DNA of 55,457 nt, counting the filler, from Bipalium vagum (lineage: Eukaryota): assembly GCA_037834085.1 (NCBI GenBank). It is 3 parts of 3 records of this genome, joined end to end, with 100 filler letters (N's around TTAATTAATTAA, not from the genome) between each part and the next. Parts side by side here need not be neighbours in the genome. Positions count along the whole stretch, not along the records: positions 21,045 to 39,036 come from JBBMKC010044641.1; 2 more parts are not named here. One strand, 5' to 3'. This document shows, piece after piece, positions 26,951 to 39,136 of this stretch. Within the stretch, counting starts at the first letter, position 1. Each line of letters begins with the position of its first letter. A program made the translations under genes and the position numbers. A model generated the notes under the pieces. That model did not search any database. It saw only the letters and a program-made list of their open reading frames with translations, and had not been told where the DNA came from.

Positions 26951-28735
26951 TTCTATGAATATTGTGATGTTTAAAATAATTCTAGGCATGTTAGTACTAC
27001 AAAAATAATATAAAAATAATAATAGTATTTATACAACACTACAATCTAATACGTTGTATATAATAAAAAGATGTTCTAAAGATAGTCACAGGTTTCACTA
27101 TATATATGCAACTGTCAACTTATAATCATCACATTAGGAGCTTCCATTAGTATGAGTCCCCTTTTATGTAATTTTAATATTATGGATATCTATGGTAATT
27201 ATTTATTAATGATTATAATTAATTAAATCTGACAAACATTTTAATAGAAAAAATTTTACATTTGTTTTTCCCTTCAAAATTAAAAATAATAGTCCGGATG
27301 GTCTGTCAGTAGACACTCTAAATATGTGTATTGTACTTATTTTATTTTATTTATTTAGAACTTGTTTGATGTTTAATATTGACAATTATCACAATTATTT
27401 ACGTTAATAAAATTATCATTACCCTCTTTATAATATTGTAAAGGTAAATAATTAAATAATAACACAACGATAAAACAAAAGGAAAGAAAAAAAAAATAAA
27501 TATTGCCTTCTAACGAAGAAAGTATCTGCAAATAAATATAAATTAAATTAAATATAATATATAGAAATACACATATATATATATATATATAAAATTTTAA
27601 TTTAAAATTTTATTTTTATTTATTATTATTCATTTTATTATTCATCTTAACAATTGTGTTCAAAGTAATAAATACATCACTGTAATCTTTTACATTAATA
27701 TATCTAAAGAAGAATTTAAAGAATTGTTATTAAATCTTTTTACTCCTATATTATATAGATTGTAAAAACATTCAATACATTAACCCACTAATAAATTTCA
27801 TTAGTTCAGAAATGATCTGATCTGCTTGATTTCTTTTAATGTAATTTTTAAGATAATATGATTTGATTTAATCCTAATTATAAAGTAATGGCTGAATGAA
27901 AACTGTAAGGATGTGAATAAAATTGATTTATTGAAAGTCGAATTTCTTAAATGTTTTAAACTTAATAATTTGATAAAAATCTATAATTAATTTTGAAAAA
28001 ATCATTTGTTTAAATATTACGTTTAATTAAGGTTATATATAAAAATTATTAAAAATATTTTTATTTTAAAAAAGACATTATTGTCTATTTTATTTTATCT
28101 TCATTGAATTTAGCTGATTTTCGAAAACAGTTATAACCTACAAATCATTAACAAATTTCGGTTTTATTTACCTTAGTAAAAAATTGAAGAAATTGGCCAA
28201 TCAAAATTGGTTATTTAAATTTGTGAAACCGTTTTTAAAAATTAATTTAAAATAATAATTTAAATCAACCAATTTCATACATTATTAATAAATTTAACTG
28301 GCAAACCTCAATTCTGATTGGTCAATTTCTTTAAATTTTTCAGAGAATACGTCAAGGTAAATAGTACCCAAAGGTCATCATAAATTACACAAATTAAGAT
28401 ATTTTAAAATTCGACTGATATATTTATTATCTACTTTTCTAATATCAACAATTTCTTTTCAATTTAATTGTATTTTTCCCTTTCACAAATCAGATTCTTT
28501 CTCTTTTCAATTAAAGTATAAAATATTTAAATTAATATTTTATTCAAATTATATAATTGTACACAAATTTTTCAAAATACTTAATTTAATTTTCACTAAT
28601 TTTATAGATAAGCCACTCGGTTCTGTTACTCTCGGATCTCAACTATTTGCAAAGGGACAAGAATTATCGTATTGGCTTCAGATGGTCAATCAACCAGATG
28701 ACCATATAACATGCTGGTTACCCCTGAAGTATTAA
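24723..28735 (+). CDS. Synaptotagmin-15-like protein, C2B domain (last two exons; 5' part not resolved)
   Basis: Exons 24723-24908 (IYVKLKLFKG..YIFNESFTF..SLQITLL..) and 28608-28735 (KPLGSVTLGSQLFAKGQELSYWLQMVNQPDDHITCWLPLKY*) join in phase 1 through GT/AG. They resemble the SYT15 C2B end [20 protein letters not shown].EM...P...KRWH.L. Confidence 0.75.
25195..25775 (+). mobile_element. maT/DD37D-like transposase remnant
   Basis: KP*LYEIVGGVKYIFQQGSGLAH*AVKTQAWL, SSDCNPLYYFFW, and KPHNKMKSL..VTANGDH. Confidence 0.7.
26300..26700 (-). mobile_element. Possible Mutator/MULE transposase relic
   Basis: Weak, frameshifted echoes of the AFLP, P.FP...W and TNN.LE motifs. Confidence 0.25.
26885..26950. 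repeat. (ATT)n microsatellite, about 22 units
   Basis: Perfect ATT run. Shorter ATT/AAT tracts occur throughout the window. Confidence 0.95.
28160..28369. mobile_element. MITE-like foldback element (PIF/Harbinger-like end)
   Basis: Left arm TATTTACCTT..AAGAAATTGGCCAATCAAAATTG is an inverted copy of the right arm CAATTCTGATTGGTCAATTTCTT..AAGGTAAATAGTACCC. Confidence 0.65.
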
Positions 28736-30761
28736 CAAAACATTTCAAATTATTGGCAGACTTAAAATTATATGATAATGTTGATGTAATTTTAATATTA
28801 TTTATTTTATGAATTAAATTCGTTTTATGATTTGGTAATTTTTGTAGCACTTTTATTTGAGATGTTAAATTGATGTATCTACTTCTGTTTTAAGTACAAC
28901 ATTTCTTATTTTGTGGCTGAAGTCTACACTTTCCAAAATATAAATGAATTTATTTCTCTTCATTATTTCAAATTCACGAATATCGCCTTCAAGGAAAAAC
29001 TCCTCCAAAACGTTTTAGGTTAAAAGTAATAAAGAATTATTTTTTCATATATTTTATTGTTTCAGTTATATGAAAATGAAATTAATTGTTATAGTTACTA
29101 CTCTAATTTTTCAGTTCAATGTCACAATGAAAAACATTCTAATTTTTTAGTACCTAAGACAAAATATATGGTTTCCTGATAAAGTCAGTACCTTCATAAA
29201 TTCCTTTTGTAAAAATACATTTATATTCTTAAGATTGATATTCTTTTCCATCTAAACTATTTTACAAGGAACGGGAGAGATGGTAATTTGAAAGAGCGAT
29301 ATTAAAGGAATATATCCAAAATAATGAGAAATAAAGGGATTGATTGCAATACATGTTGAAATTCAGCGATTAACGAGGTTTAATAAAGAACTTCAATGTC
29401 TTTACCCAGTAGTTTGGTTGATGCAGACTTTAAGACTCATAAAAATTGTATACGTAAATGATTATGGAAGATATGTTATGCATTGCTGCTAAGTCGCAGG
29501 GTAATTGAATCAATGTGAGAATCACACATATAATTATGAGTAGACATGGATGCGACTTGCTATTACAGTTCATCTCTTTCTTCTCGCATTCTTGTTTGCA
29601 GTTTGTAGATCGAGGTTGCATATCCAGACTGGAAAACAGAAAAGATGATAGAAGTAACTGTGGACAGACTTAAAAATAATAGAGAATCAAATTTGAAGAT
29701 AAGGAATAGTGAATAAGAACATTATTAAAGTTCCTTATTCAGACGGAAAAGTCAATTGATGATTTATCCTTATTTTAATTAGCATTGATTATAATTTGTA
29801 AAATTATAACGTATTTATAAATAGGTAATTCTGCATTTGTAAAAATTGTAAATTTTTAAAAATGTTAAATATTATGAATTTTATATTTTTATTGAGAGAT
29901 GTTTTGAACAAAAGAATGTTAATTTTTGAAAAATAGTAAGAAAAAATTAATTATCTTTTTATCCAATAAGAATGAGGAAAATAACAAGAAATCATGCATA
30001 TGATTTCTGAAGATCATTGAGTAGAATATCAAAATTCACTGAAGAAAATCTAAATGGAAAAGATCAAAATTGATTCAATTTATTTTTCATCACTATTATC
30101 CATAAAGATAATTTAAAATGAGTGTAATTAATAAAGGTTTTATAGCTTTTCAGGTTTTCCCAGAGTACTTGAACTATAGAAGATACATCAGAAACAACCT
30201 TTTATTTAGAGTTTAAGAACCATTACCTAATCTTCCAAGTTAAAATCTGTTTTGAAATTTTTTTAAATTCTAAAGTGTACTTTCTTTAATTATTCTTTAA
30301 TTTGGGATGTAAATGAATGTTTTATTTGTGCTTTAAAGGAATAAGAAAGTAACGTGGTACTTTTCTAAAATTATGACAGTAAATAATTTTATTTCACTAG
30401 TCACACTTTAAATTAAAATTAATTATTTTCTTAAAAATATAAATAAATTTACTACTCGAGATAATTTTATTAATCAATAAAATTATAATTCAATATTTAC
30501 CTAAGATGAGGCTATTTCATAAACTTTTTTGGATCAATCACATTGTTCGAACATCGAATTACCTTTTCAGCCCAAAGTTCATCAAGAAAACAATTGGTTA
30601 ATATTCATTATTTAATATAATTTCGATTTAGTGCGGATTAAATATTTTAATACTTTTAATAATGCCTTTTCAGAGACCCAACAGAGTAAATTTATCTTTA
30701 ACATAAAAATTAAAAGTTCCAATCTGTATTTTCTTTGAAATCTTTATATCATTATTTTTAG

Positions 30762-33700
30762 ATCATAAAAGTATTCTTAAAGAAAAATAATTTAATCGTA
30801 CTGGGTATAATTACGTCTGTGATCCTTGCAATCTCCTTATCTATACCATTACGCACGATGAATCTATCCACAAGGATCATTTATTGTATTTCTATGCCTG
30901 GAAAAATAGTGATAAACCTTCTAAAATTAATGATCGTACCACTTCTTGTTCTAAGCCTTATATCAGGTAAAATTTATTAAAATATTTTCTATTAATATAT
31001 AATATTAATAATATTAATAATATTAATAATAATATAATTATCAAAATCTTTTAAATCTGAAACTCATTGGGTGAAAAAATATTTATTTATGCTTCATTAT
31101 ATTTATATTAAAAAATATAAAAGAATAAGGTATTTGTAAAAAAATATTCTTTAAGGGATATATACACAGTGCAAACGGATACATTTAGGAATCCCATTTT
31201 AAAATATAATACCATAAAATATATTCAACATAAGAACGCACGTTTTTGACACAGCAACATTTACTTATTAAAATTAAATATTTTTTCTACATGATGACCA
31301 TTAAGTTTAATATACTTGTGTAAGCAATTATAAAAATCATTCAAAACATTTTGACACATTTCTGACAATATTCTAGCTGCCTTAGTTTGAATAATATCTT
31401 AGGTCATGGATATCTTTTGGTTTTCTTTTATAGATTTGTGTCTTCAGATGTACCAAAAGGAAGAAATCTAGTGTTGTAAGGTCCGGGGATCTGGCACTCC
31501 GATGGAATGTTCCAGCCCTACTAAGCCATCTTCTAGGAAAAATGCTGTTTTAAAAAATTCTTACAAGGCTTCAATAATGAGCAAGCGCATTAATATTAAA
31601 ATATGTCTATCGAATGAAATATACTGAAGAAGGTATTTGTATAAAGAAATATTTATGTATTATTTCAGCATATAAATATTTTGATAAAATAAAATATTTC
31701 CACGTAGCAGAATTGGGTTTCTAAATAAGATTATCAACTTAAAATATTTATTGAATAATTTTTTTCAGTTTTCATTTTAATCAAATTTTTGTTATCCATA
31801 TTTTATGCATATTTAATAATTTTTTTGCCACCTGGTTACCAGATAATAATTTTTCAAATTATTCTGTTATCCAGTTAAAACAAATAAATAGATTGTACTT
31901 CTCAAAATCAGTTTTTAAATAAAAATAAAGAAAAAAGAATAACGGTTTTTGTAATATAATCTTTTTTTAAAAAATCTTGAAAAAATGTTTAATTTCTCAA
32001 ATGATTTTTTGATATTTTTCACAAACAAAGTATTTTTGGATTGATTTTAGATAAATTTCATAATTAAAACAAAATCATGTTTTGAATGGTCTATAAAAAT
32101 TTATGTGACTTAGGTTTTTAATAAATTGCGCTTTCCGAACCTTTGATGTTCTGAATTAAGGCACTTCTTATTTCATTGTTGTTGTTAAAACATCATCCTT
32201 ATTTTCCCTTTGTCCATATATCACAAAAAAGCATTGACCATTTTGTCTTTCTTCAACGAAAAATATATACAGTATGCGATATATATAGAGTAGATTTTTC
32301 TTTTTTGAGAATGATCTTCAGCCGCTCTTCTTACCCTCGTCCATCTCCCCTTTTTTCATATATGGTTCGGAGGTTATCGCCTAAAAGACCAACTCTCACC
32401 AAATCTCTTGTGCATTTCTTAATGTCCGCGACATCAAAGTATTTCTTTCATTGTTCAATGAATTATTCAATTCCATCGCCATTTTTGTAGGTCTTAGGCA
32501 GCAGAGCTTGGAAGAGCAGGTCTGAAGTCCCAATAAAGTGATTCGCCAATTTAGCTGCCAAAACGATTTCTACCTTAACCTCCATTAAACAAACAAACAC
32601 GTTTTTCAAAAATCTATATTAAGTAAAAATCGAATTATTACAAAAATAATTAAATTATTCCAATAATTAAATTTATTTTCTTAAACAATTTGTGTTTCTT
32701 TAAATTAACTTTTCTATTTCGCTTCGATAAAATCTTGACCGAACATAAATTTCTCAGCAGTTTCACATTGCCCCTCACCCGAATGATTATAATCTAAGTT
32801 TAGACCTTTCTTTTTGAATTCACTATTTCAAAAAATAAAATTTTATTATTATGTACTTTTGAAATATTTACTACGTTATTATATTTATTGTAGTCATTGC
32901 ATTAATATATATAAATCCTTTTTCTTTTTCTTATGATGAACATTATGTTATATTGGATTAGAATTTTTCATTAAGGTACACATTATAAAATCAAATTGAA
33001 TAAAACCATTGGCAGCTGTATGTATATAAATATATTTTAAAACATTAAGTAATTTTCAAAGTTTCTCAATGTTATCTCTATGTTAACGTATTCAACACTG
33101 GTACTAAAACGTATAAAGGTCCGTGAGACACATAAACCCCATTAATGATCAAATGAGACAAAATTCTCAGAAAATGAATTATTTGAAATTATTTGAAAGT
33201 AAGTGATATAAGTAACCAATATTAGTATAGTCACGACTTTACCTCTGAGAAAGTGAAAACTGAGATTAGAAGAAGGAAGGGGAATTTTATGGGCGATGAA
33301 AATGGATTTCTTTCAATAATTCATTAATAATCATTGCGTGGTCCAAGACAGAATTCGTTGTCAACTACCATGATGATATTTTTTATTTAAAAGTTATGTT
33401 TTGTATTTTGTTGAATATGGGATATACTGCGAATGAGTGATTAAAATAAAGGAAAATATTTATTATGAAAAAATACCAGCATCAATAGAAAACCTGCAAT
33501 AATCGCCATTCATCATTCTTCTAGATGACACTGTTCGACAGCAACTTCTACAAGTCAAGTAAACAGTACTACTGTCTGAAATAGGAAAATATTCTACAAC
33601 TTTGATATTTTCCAGATACAAAAATATTTAGATATTATCAATCACCTTTTGATAAATGAGCTACCAGATCGCTTATGACAGACTAACCCATATTTAAATA

Positions 33701-36700
33701 CTGTTCACATGGAGATCATTTTCACTTCAGTATTAAAGGATGTCTCTAATTTTTTAATATATATAAAGTGTGGTAATAAAATTTAAACACAGTTCTTGAA
33801 AATTTTGTTCTGTTTTATATTTTTTATAAAAATTGTAGTTAAAAGCTTAAGGCATAAGAATGAACTATTTTGAAATATTTATTTTTGAAACCTTTGTGAC
33901 CCCTAAATATTTATTAACACTAAAAATTTTATTTTATTATTTTCACATTCGTAATATAAAACTCTAATTTATTCATTGTTGATGTAAAACTAAGATATAT
34001 TTTATGTTATTTATTTAATATTTATTTTTATTATGTCATTTTTTAATAATAAAAGTTGCACATGGATAAAAAGATTTAAGAATTAAATTTACTTTAATAA
34101 TATTATTAATAATAATTAATTTATAAACAAGATTTTCGTATTTCGTTTGACTTTTAAAATAAACAAAACCCTAAGAAATCGATCCAAGAAGTTCACAGAT
34201 ATAAGGTGTCATATATGGTTGATAACCTTGGACAAAAAGCTTATCTCTGATATTTTGACAAAACTATCATTTATATCACCCTTTCATTAAATATGGAAAA
34301 GGAATTACTAATTTTTACAGGATTATAAAGTATAATCTTCTGCAAAAGGCTTATACCATATGAATTTAAATTCTTCCAAGAGAAAACTATTAGAACTTGT
34401 TCTTATATATAATCACTTAATGCACAAATTTTTATTCAACTTTTCAATTATTAATAATTTACTATAAACCAAATAGAGCCAATTTATGTAAATATTCTCA
34501 TCAATCATGATATCAGATCATATTTTCAAACCAATTACTAAGGTCACATAATAATAATTCTTTTTATTATTCTAATTTTTTTTATTATATTTTATAAAAA
34601 TTCATATTAAATATACATAGGATTGGTCTCATTAGATGTTAAAACTACCGGACGAGTTGGAATGTTTACAATACTGTATTATTTCTTAACAATGTTTCTG
34701 TCCATTTGTTTGGGGATGACTTTGGTATTAACAATTCGTCCTGGAAGGAACAAAGTTGGAACGTTAAATGTCGACACTGATTTTAAAAAGGTAGATGCTA
34801 TGGAATCAATTTTGGATTTATTAAAGTATAATAAAGATACTGGAGATAATTAAACTCAAAAATCTTTTTCAGTAATATTTTTCCCGATAATATTGTTCGG
34901 TCAACATTCCAACAAGTTCAGACTCGTTTTATTAATAAAGTAGTCAAACTTGATAGAGTTAACGATACGTATAATTTGCAAAGGCGTCCCCAAGATCAAA
35001 CTGAACATTACAAAGTTATTGAGCAGATTTCTTTTGCAAACTGTCCAAACTTTTTAGGTAAAAATACTCTGGATTTTTAAGTTATTGTTTTCATTTTTTT
35101 CATTATCAAATCACATAAGCACAAGTTAACTTAAAATTTACGCCATCCTAATTATAATTATCTTTATAAAAATATTTGGTTGGTAAATAAAAATGTCGCT
35201 TTCTACATAGTTAAATTTAAAAATTATTATTTGTTTAAATGCTTCAATATTTAATTCAACATGGTATATAAATTTAAAGATGAAATTCAGACGTGTAATT
35301 TGATTAAAACTATTGTTAATATTTATATCATTTAAGATAATTAATCAATGATGAAAAGTAACCAAATCTAGGAAATTTATCTTAATGAATAGAGAGATCG
35401 CAATATTAACAAGGAATTTAACCCTAATACAGCTAACGAACATATTACTCAATAATGGTTCACATGGTTTGAAGTACCAAGGAGATCATTGAAGACAAAA
35501 TGCAGTCTTAATATCAGTCTTAATCAAGGTATTAGTAGAATCTGTTAATGATTTGAATGTAACATTCGACAATTCTGAACCATCTAAAATCAGTAGAAAA
35601 AAGGAAAACACGTGAAACTGTTTCGAAAGAATTGAAAGGAAAACAAATGAGGTTTCATTAGCGAAACTTGTTCTTAACGAAAGATACATGCTTCTCAACA
35701 GTATTTTAACATGTGATGAGAGATGAATCTTTTACAACTGACTACGATCAATTCCGTAGTTGGAGCACAATAAAAAGAAATTGCATTAATTACAGATAAT
35801 GTCGACCATGTTCATCACAATCAGGTCTCATTAATCACAGATTTCTGAAATTTTTAGAGAAAATACATTAAAAATTTTATTAATTAATAATAATAATTTT
35901 TTTAAAATAAATTTTAATATTTCTTGTCCGAATCCCGCCGTGATAGGATTCCATTAGCTTTGATGAGACTATCTCGGAGTAGAGATAGTTAGTGGTTATT
36001 AGGGAAAATAGCCGTCTCGTAGCGTAGGGATTGGTGATCGTAGACCAATCTCTACGACTATAAAAGGAGATGGCTATTCCCGTTAATGGCCGAACCCTGA
36101 AAAGAAAAAGAAAAAGAAAACTCAGTTCAGGAAGATTTGGGCCGAAGACGATTCCAAGAAGATTTTTGACCGAAAACGTTGCAAGGCTATTCCCGAGAAA
36201 AGACGAGAGCGGGATATTGGCCGAGGACGATCCCGGTAATTATTTTCTTGATTATGCAGCCGGATTTTTACAAGGGGACACAGCGAGCTTGGGAACCCCT
36301 AGGCGACCTGCGAAGGGTCTAGAGGGTGACCCAGGGACCCCTTGTCGCTCTTGGTGAGACTGATCCATTTATTTATTTTATTCTCATTTTTGTTATTAAA
36401 TTATTATTATTAATTATTGATTTGATTTTTCTTTAGTATTAACGTTGACATGATTTTATTTTATTCGTTGATAACGTTTCGGTTTTGATTTGAATTGAGT
36501 TAGAAGTTGAATTGTTGCGAATAAAGTTTTATTTTAATTATTTTGAATTAGTTCTTAAGGGTGTGGATACAGTATTGTGAAGGGTGTTTTAAATTCGGAA
36601 GGTTCAGAGCAATTACGGACACAACGATTATATAAAAAGTGAGCACACGTTACTACGTCTAAGTATAATAGTAACAATATCATAACAGCCTAAATGAAAC

Positions 36701-38553
36701 AGGCTAGACGAAAATTGAACTGTGGAAGGAATTTTTGTCTTCTAGAAGCAATCGGATCAAATTTTTAAACAAATATAAAATTATAGAAGAGAAACTATTA
36801 AATCTCTACCTTCCTTATTCTAAAAGAAGGTTAAAAAAATTGGTTTCCCATGAGAAGTCATTCAAGGTCTCAGAAATGTGCCATGTTGAACGTGTTTTGG
36901 AATAGAAATAGTATCTTGATTTCATTATTTCTGGAAGAGTCTAAGTACGTTTTAGCCTTACCATGTATGTGACAAAATTGTTTAGATAGTAATGGATTAT
37001 ATTGTAATTAATAAACTTTATTGTGAAATGAGTGTTTTTTAAAGTCACCCAGTAAAAACGGATTCTTCTTGTTTAACAATCTAGCATACAATACAGAAAA
37101 TTAAAAGATGAGTTAAATTTGAAATACTATATCAAAAATAAGTAACATAATTATTAAAATGTCTTCTTATTAACTGTAAAATGTAGTATTAATAATAATA
37201 TTTATAATAATAATAATTAATAATAATAATAATAATAATACAATAATTTTTTTAAAAATCTGTTTACTTTAACTATAAACTATTCATATTTGCACTAATA
37301 CACCATTCTCTACTTAGCCAAATTTCGAAGGAAATTATAATTATACTTTATATTATAATCATAATTAATTGAAAAAAATGGATTTTAGCATAGAAATTGA
37401 TTGAGTCAAATAAAATTGATGACCGACTTGAAAGATTCGATTTCTAACGTAAAAATTCTAAAAATTATTTAATAGTTATAATTTAATTAATATATTTCAG
37501 ATTTTTAAATATATTTTTTAATTGCGAAATATATAAATAAAAAATTATTAATAATAAATGTTTATCAGTTCAAATGACCAACGTAGAAAACCCAAACGTG
37601 ATTGGAAAGTCGGGTTCTTGGTATTTTATTTCTTTTACTACTTTAATAATTATTATTTTATTTATATTTCATTTGATTTTTATCTTTAATTCTAATAATA
37701 TAATCTGATTTTAGAATATATCAAGATTAATATATTTATTTTTTAAAAATTATAGCGTTTATCTTAAGTGCTTGCTGATTTAGATAAACTGTATCACAAA
37801 TTAAATGTCAAAGTTCAATTTATATAACAAATAAGTTTTTGTCTCTTTGAGTATCCTTTTGTTAAGGTTTATATAATAATTTTCGATTTATTTATACCAT
37901 GTGTCTGTCATTTTCTAAATTATTTAATTTGTGAATAATTGTTAATTGTTTTAATGAAATGGTATATTAAAATATTTTATTTAATCAATTTTTATTCCGT
38001 TTTATCGAATTTATAAAGTAATATTTTGAGAAACATTTTTAAAAAAAATAAAATATATATTTTTCTTGTACATTTATTTTTTTGTTTTACTATTATCATT
38101 TATTGATATGGAACGGATAATACTAAAATACATTTATTTGTTCAGGTTTGATATTTTTCTCTATTTTCTTCGGAGTCGTTCTCAATATTTTGGGAACAAA
38201 AGCCGAGCTCCTTGTCAAATTGATAAACATTTTAAATGATTTAACAATGAAGATGATCGAATTTATTCTATTGTAGTTTTAAAATTATTTTTTTTATTTT
38301 TTAAAAACTCTGATTTTAGAACAATTCCTGTTGGAATCTTTTTCCTTATACTTTCGAATCTGTTAAATATTGAAAATCTCGATCAGACGATGAAAACATT
38401 GGGAATTTTCTTAGGAACGGTTTTTGCTGGGATAGCCATTCATACGTTTATTACGCTGCCATTAGTATACATGTGTTTCACAAGAAAAAATCCATATTTG
38501 TACATGTTTGGAGTGTCTAGAGCAATCTTAATAGCCTTTGTCACGGATTCTAG
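30762..38553 (+). CDS. SLC1A/EAAT-family (dicarboxylate/amino acid:cation symporter) transporter, partial: TM1 to HP1
   Basis: In-phase GT-AG exons: 30762-30966 (MPGKIVINLLKLMIVPLLVLSLIS), 34621-34825 (GLVSLDVKTTGRVG), 34873-35057 (NIFPDNIVRSTFQQ..PNFL), 38146-38272 (GLIFFSIFFG) and 38320-38553 (PVGIFFLI..LPLVY..TRKNP..AFVTDS). The start exon is unresolved and the 3' exons are lost at the gap. Confidence 0.93.
31160..31600 (-). mobile_element. DD41D/rosa-like ITm transposase C-terminal remnant
   Basis: FPRRWLSRAG....ARSPDLTTLDFFL..HLKTQIY, corresponding to FPGRWIGRGG..WPPRSPDLTPLDFFLWG. Confidence 0.75.
32150..32585 (-). mobile_element. Probable LTR-retrotransposon gag remnant
   Basis: MEVKVEIVLAAKLA..LLPKTYKNGDGIE*FIEQ*KKYFDVA..LRTIYE, a gag-like P..Y..GD....F..Y pattern with stops. 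Confidence 0.45.
35175..35790 (+). mobile_element. Degenerate mariner 5' remnant
   Basis: TA|TTGGTTGGT TIR-like start, NTANEHITQ*WF and ILTCDER*IFYN. More mariner debris (MLNVFWNRNSIL) lies near 36880. Confidence 0.7.
35925..36621 (+). mobile_element. Solo-LTR-like element, copy 1 (in an EAAT intron)
   Basis: TGTCCG...CGGACA inverted termini, CCAAT (36045), TATA (36059) and AATAAA (~36520). Colinear homolog at 43742-44537. No TSD visible. Confidence 0.8.
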
Positions 38554-38962
38554 GTTTGGAATTTTTTTCTCGAAAAAATATTAATTTTTCTTAAAAACAT
38601 TTCTCATTTTTCTTTATACTCTCCAATAGGTACTTAATTATCTACATTAAATAACTTATATTATAAGGAAAGTATCACAAGGAATAGTTTATTTTTCATT
38701 ACAATGCTTAAATAGAAAATATTTTATTTTATTTTAGAATAAAGATAAAATTTAAAAAAATATTTTTATGTAAAACTTTTTTACAGGGAAAATCGTTGTG
38801 ATAATTTAACATTTCATTTTTTTGTGAAATAAAATTTTTTTGTTTTAATTTTAGTAAAATATAATATTTACATTTTTATATTTTAAATTTAAAATTTTTA
38901 CATTTTTATACATTTTTAACATTTGGTTTGAGGAAGGTGATTTTCGATCATTTATTATAATA

Positions 38963-39036
38963 CAGGGTGCGCCAAAAGTCCCTTCCTACCCATTTAATTA
39001 AAAAAGAAGTCAAAACGTAATACATAAATAAAAAAT
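38963..39036. mobile_element. Left end (TIR) of the same Tc1/mariner family as 1-121
   Basis: TA|CAGGGTGCGCCAAAAGTCCC running into the gap. Confidence 0.8.
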
Positions 39037-39136
39037 NNNNNNNNNNNNNNNNNNNNNNNNNNNNNNNNNNNNNNNNNNNNTTAATTAATTAANNNNNNNN
39101 NNNNNNNNNNNNNNNNNNNNNNNNNNNNNNNNNNNN
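39037..39136. other. Artificial contig-joining linker (44N + TTAATTAATTAA + 44N)
   Basis: Same 100-nt design as 20945-21044. Confidence 0.97.

Noticed and set aside
36070-36357. 95-aa ORF with a basic stretch (KRKRKRK)
   Set aside because: It sits inside the LTR-like element, the basic run comes from an (AAAAG)n-type repeat, and the frame is not conserved as a protein in copy 2.
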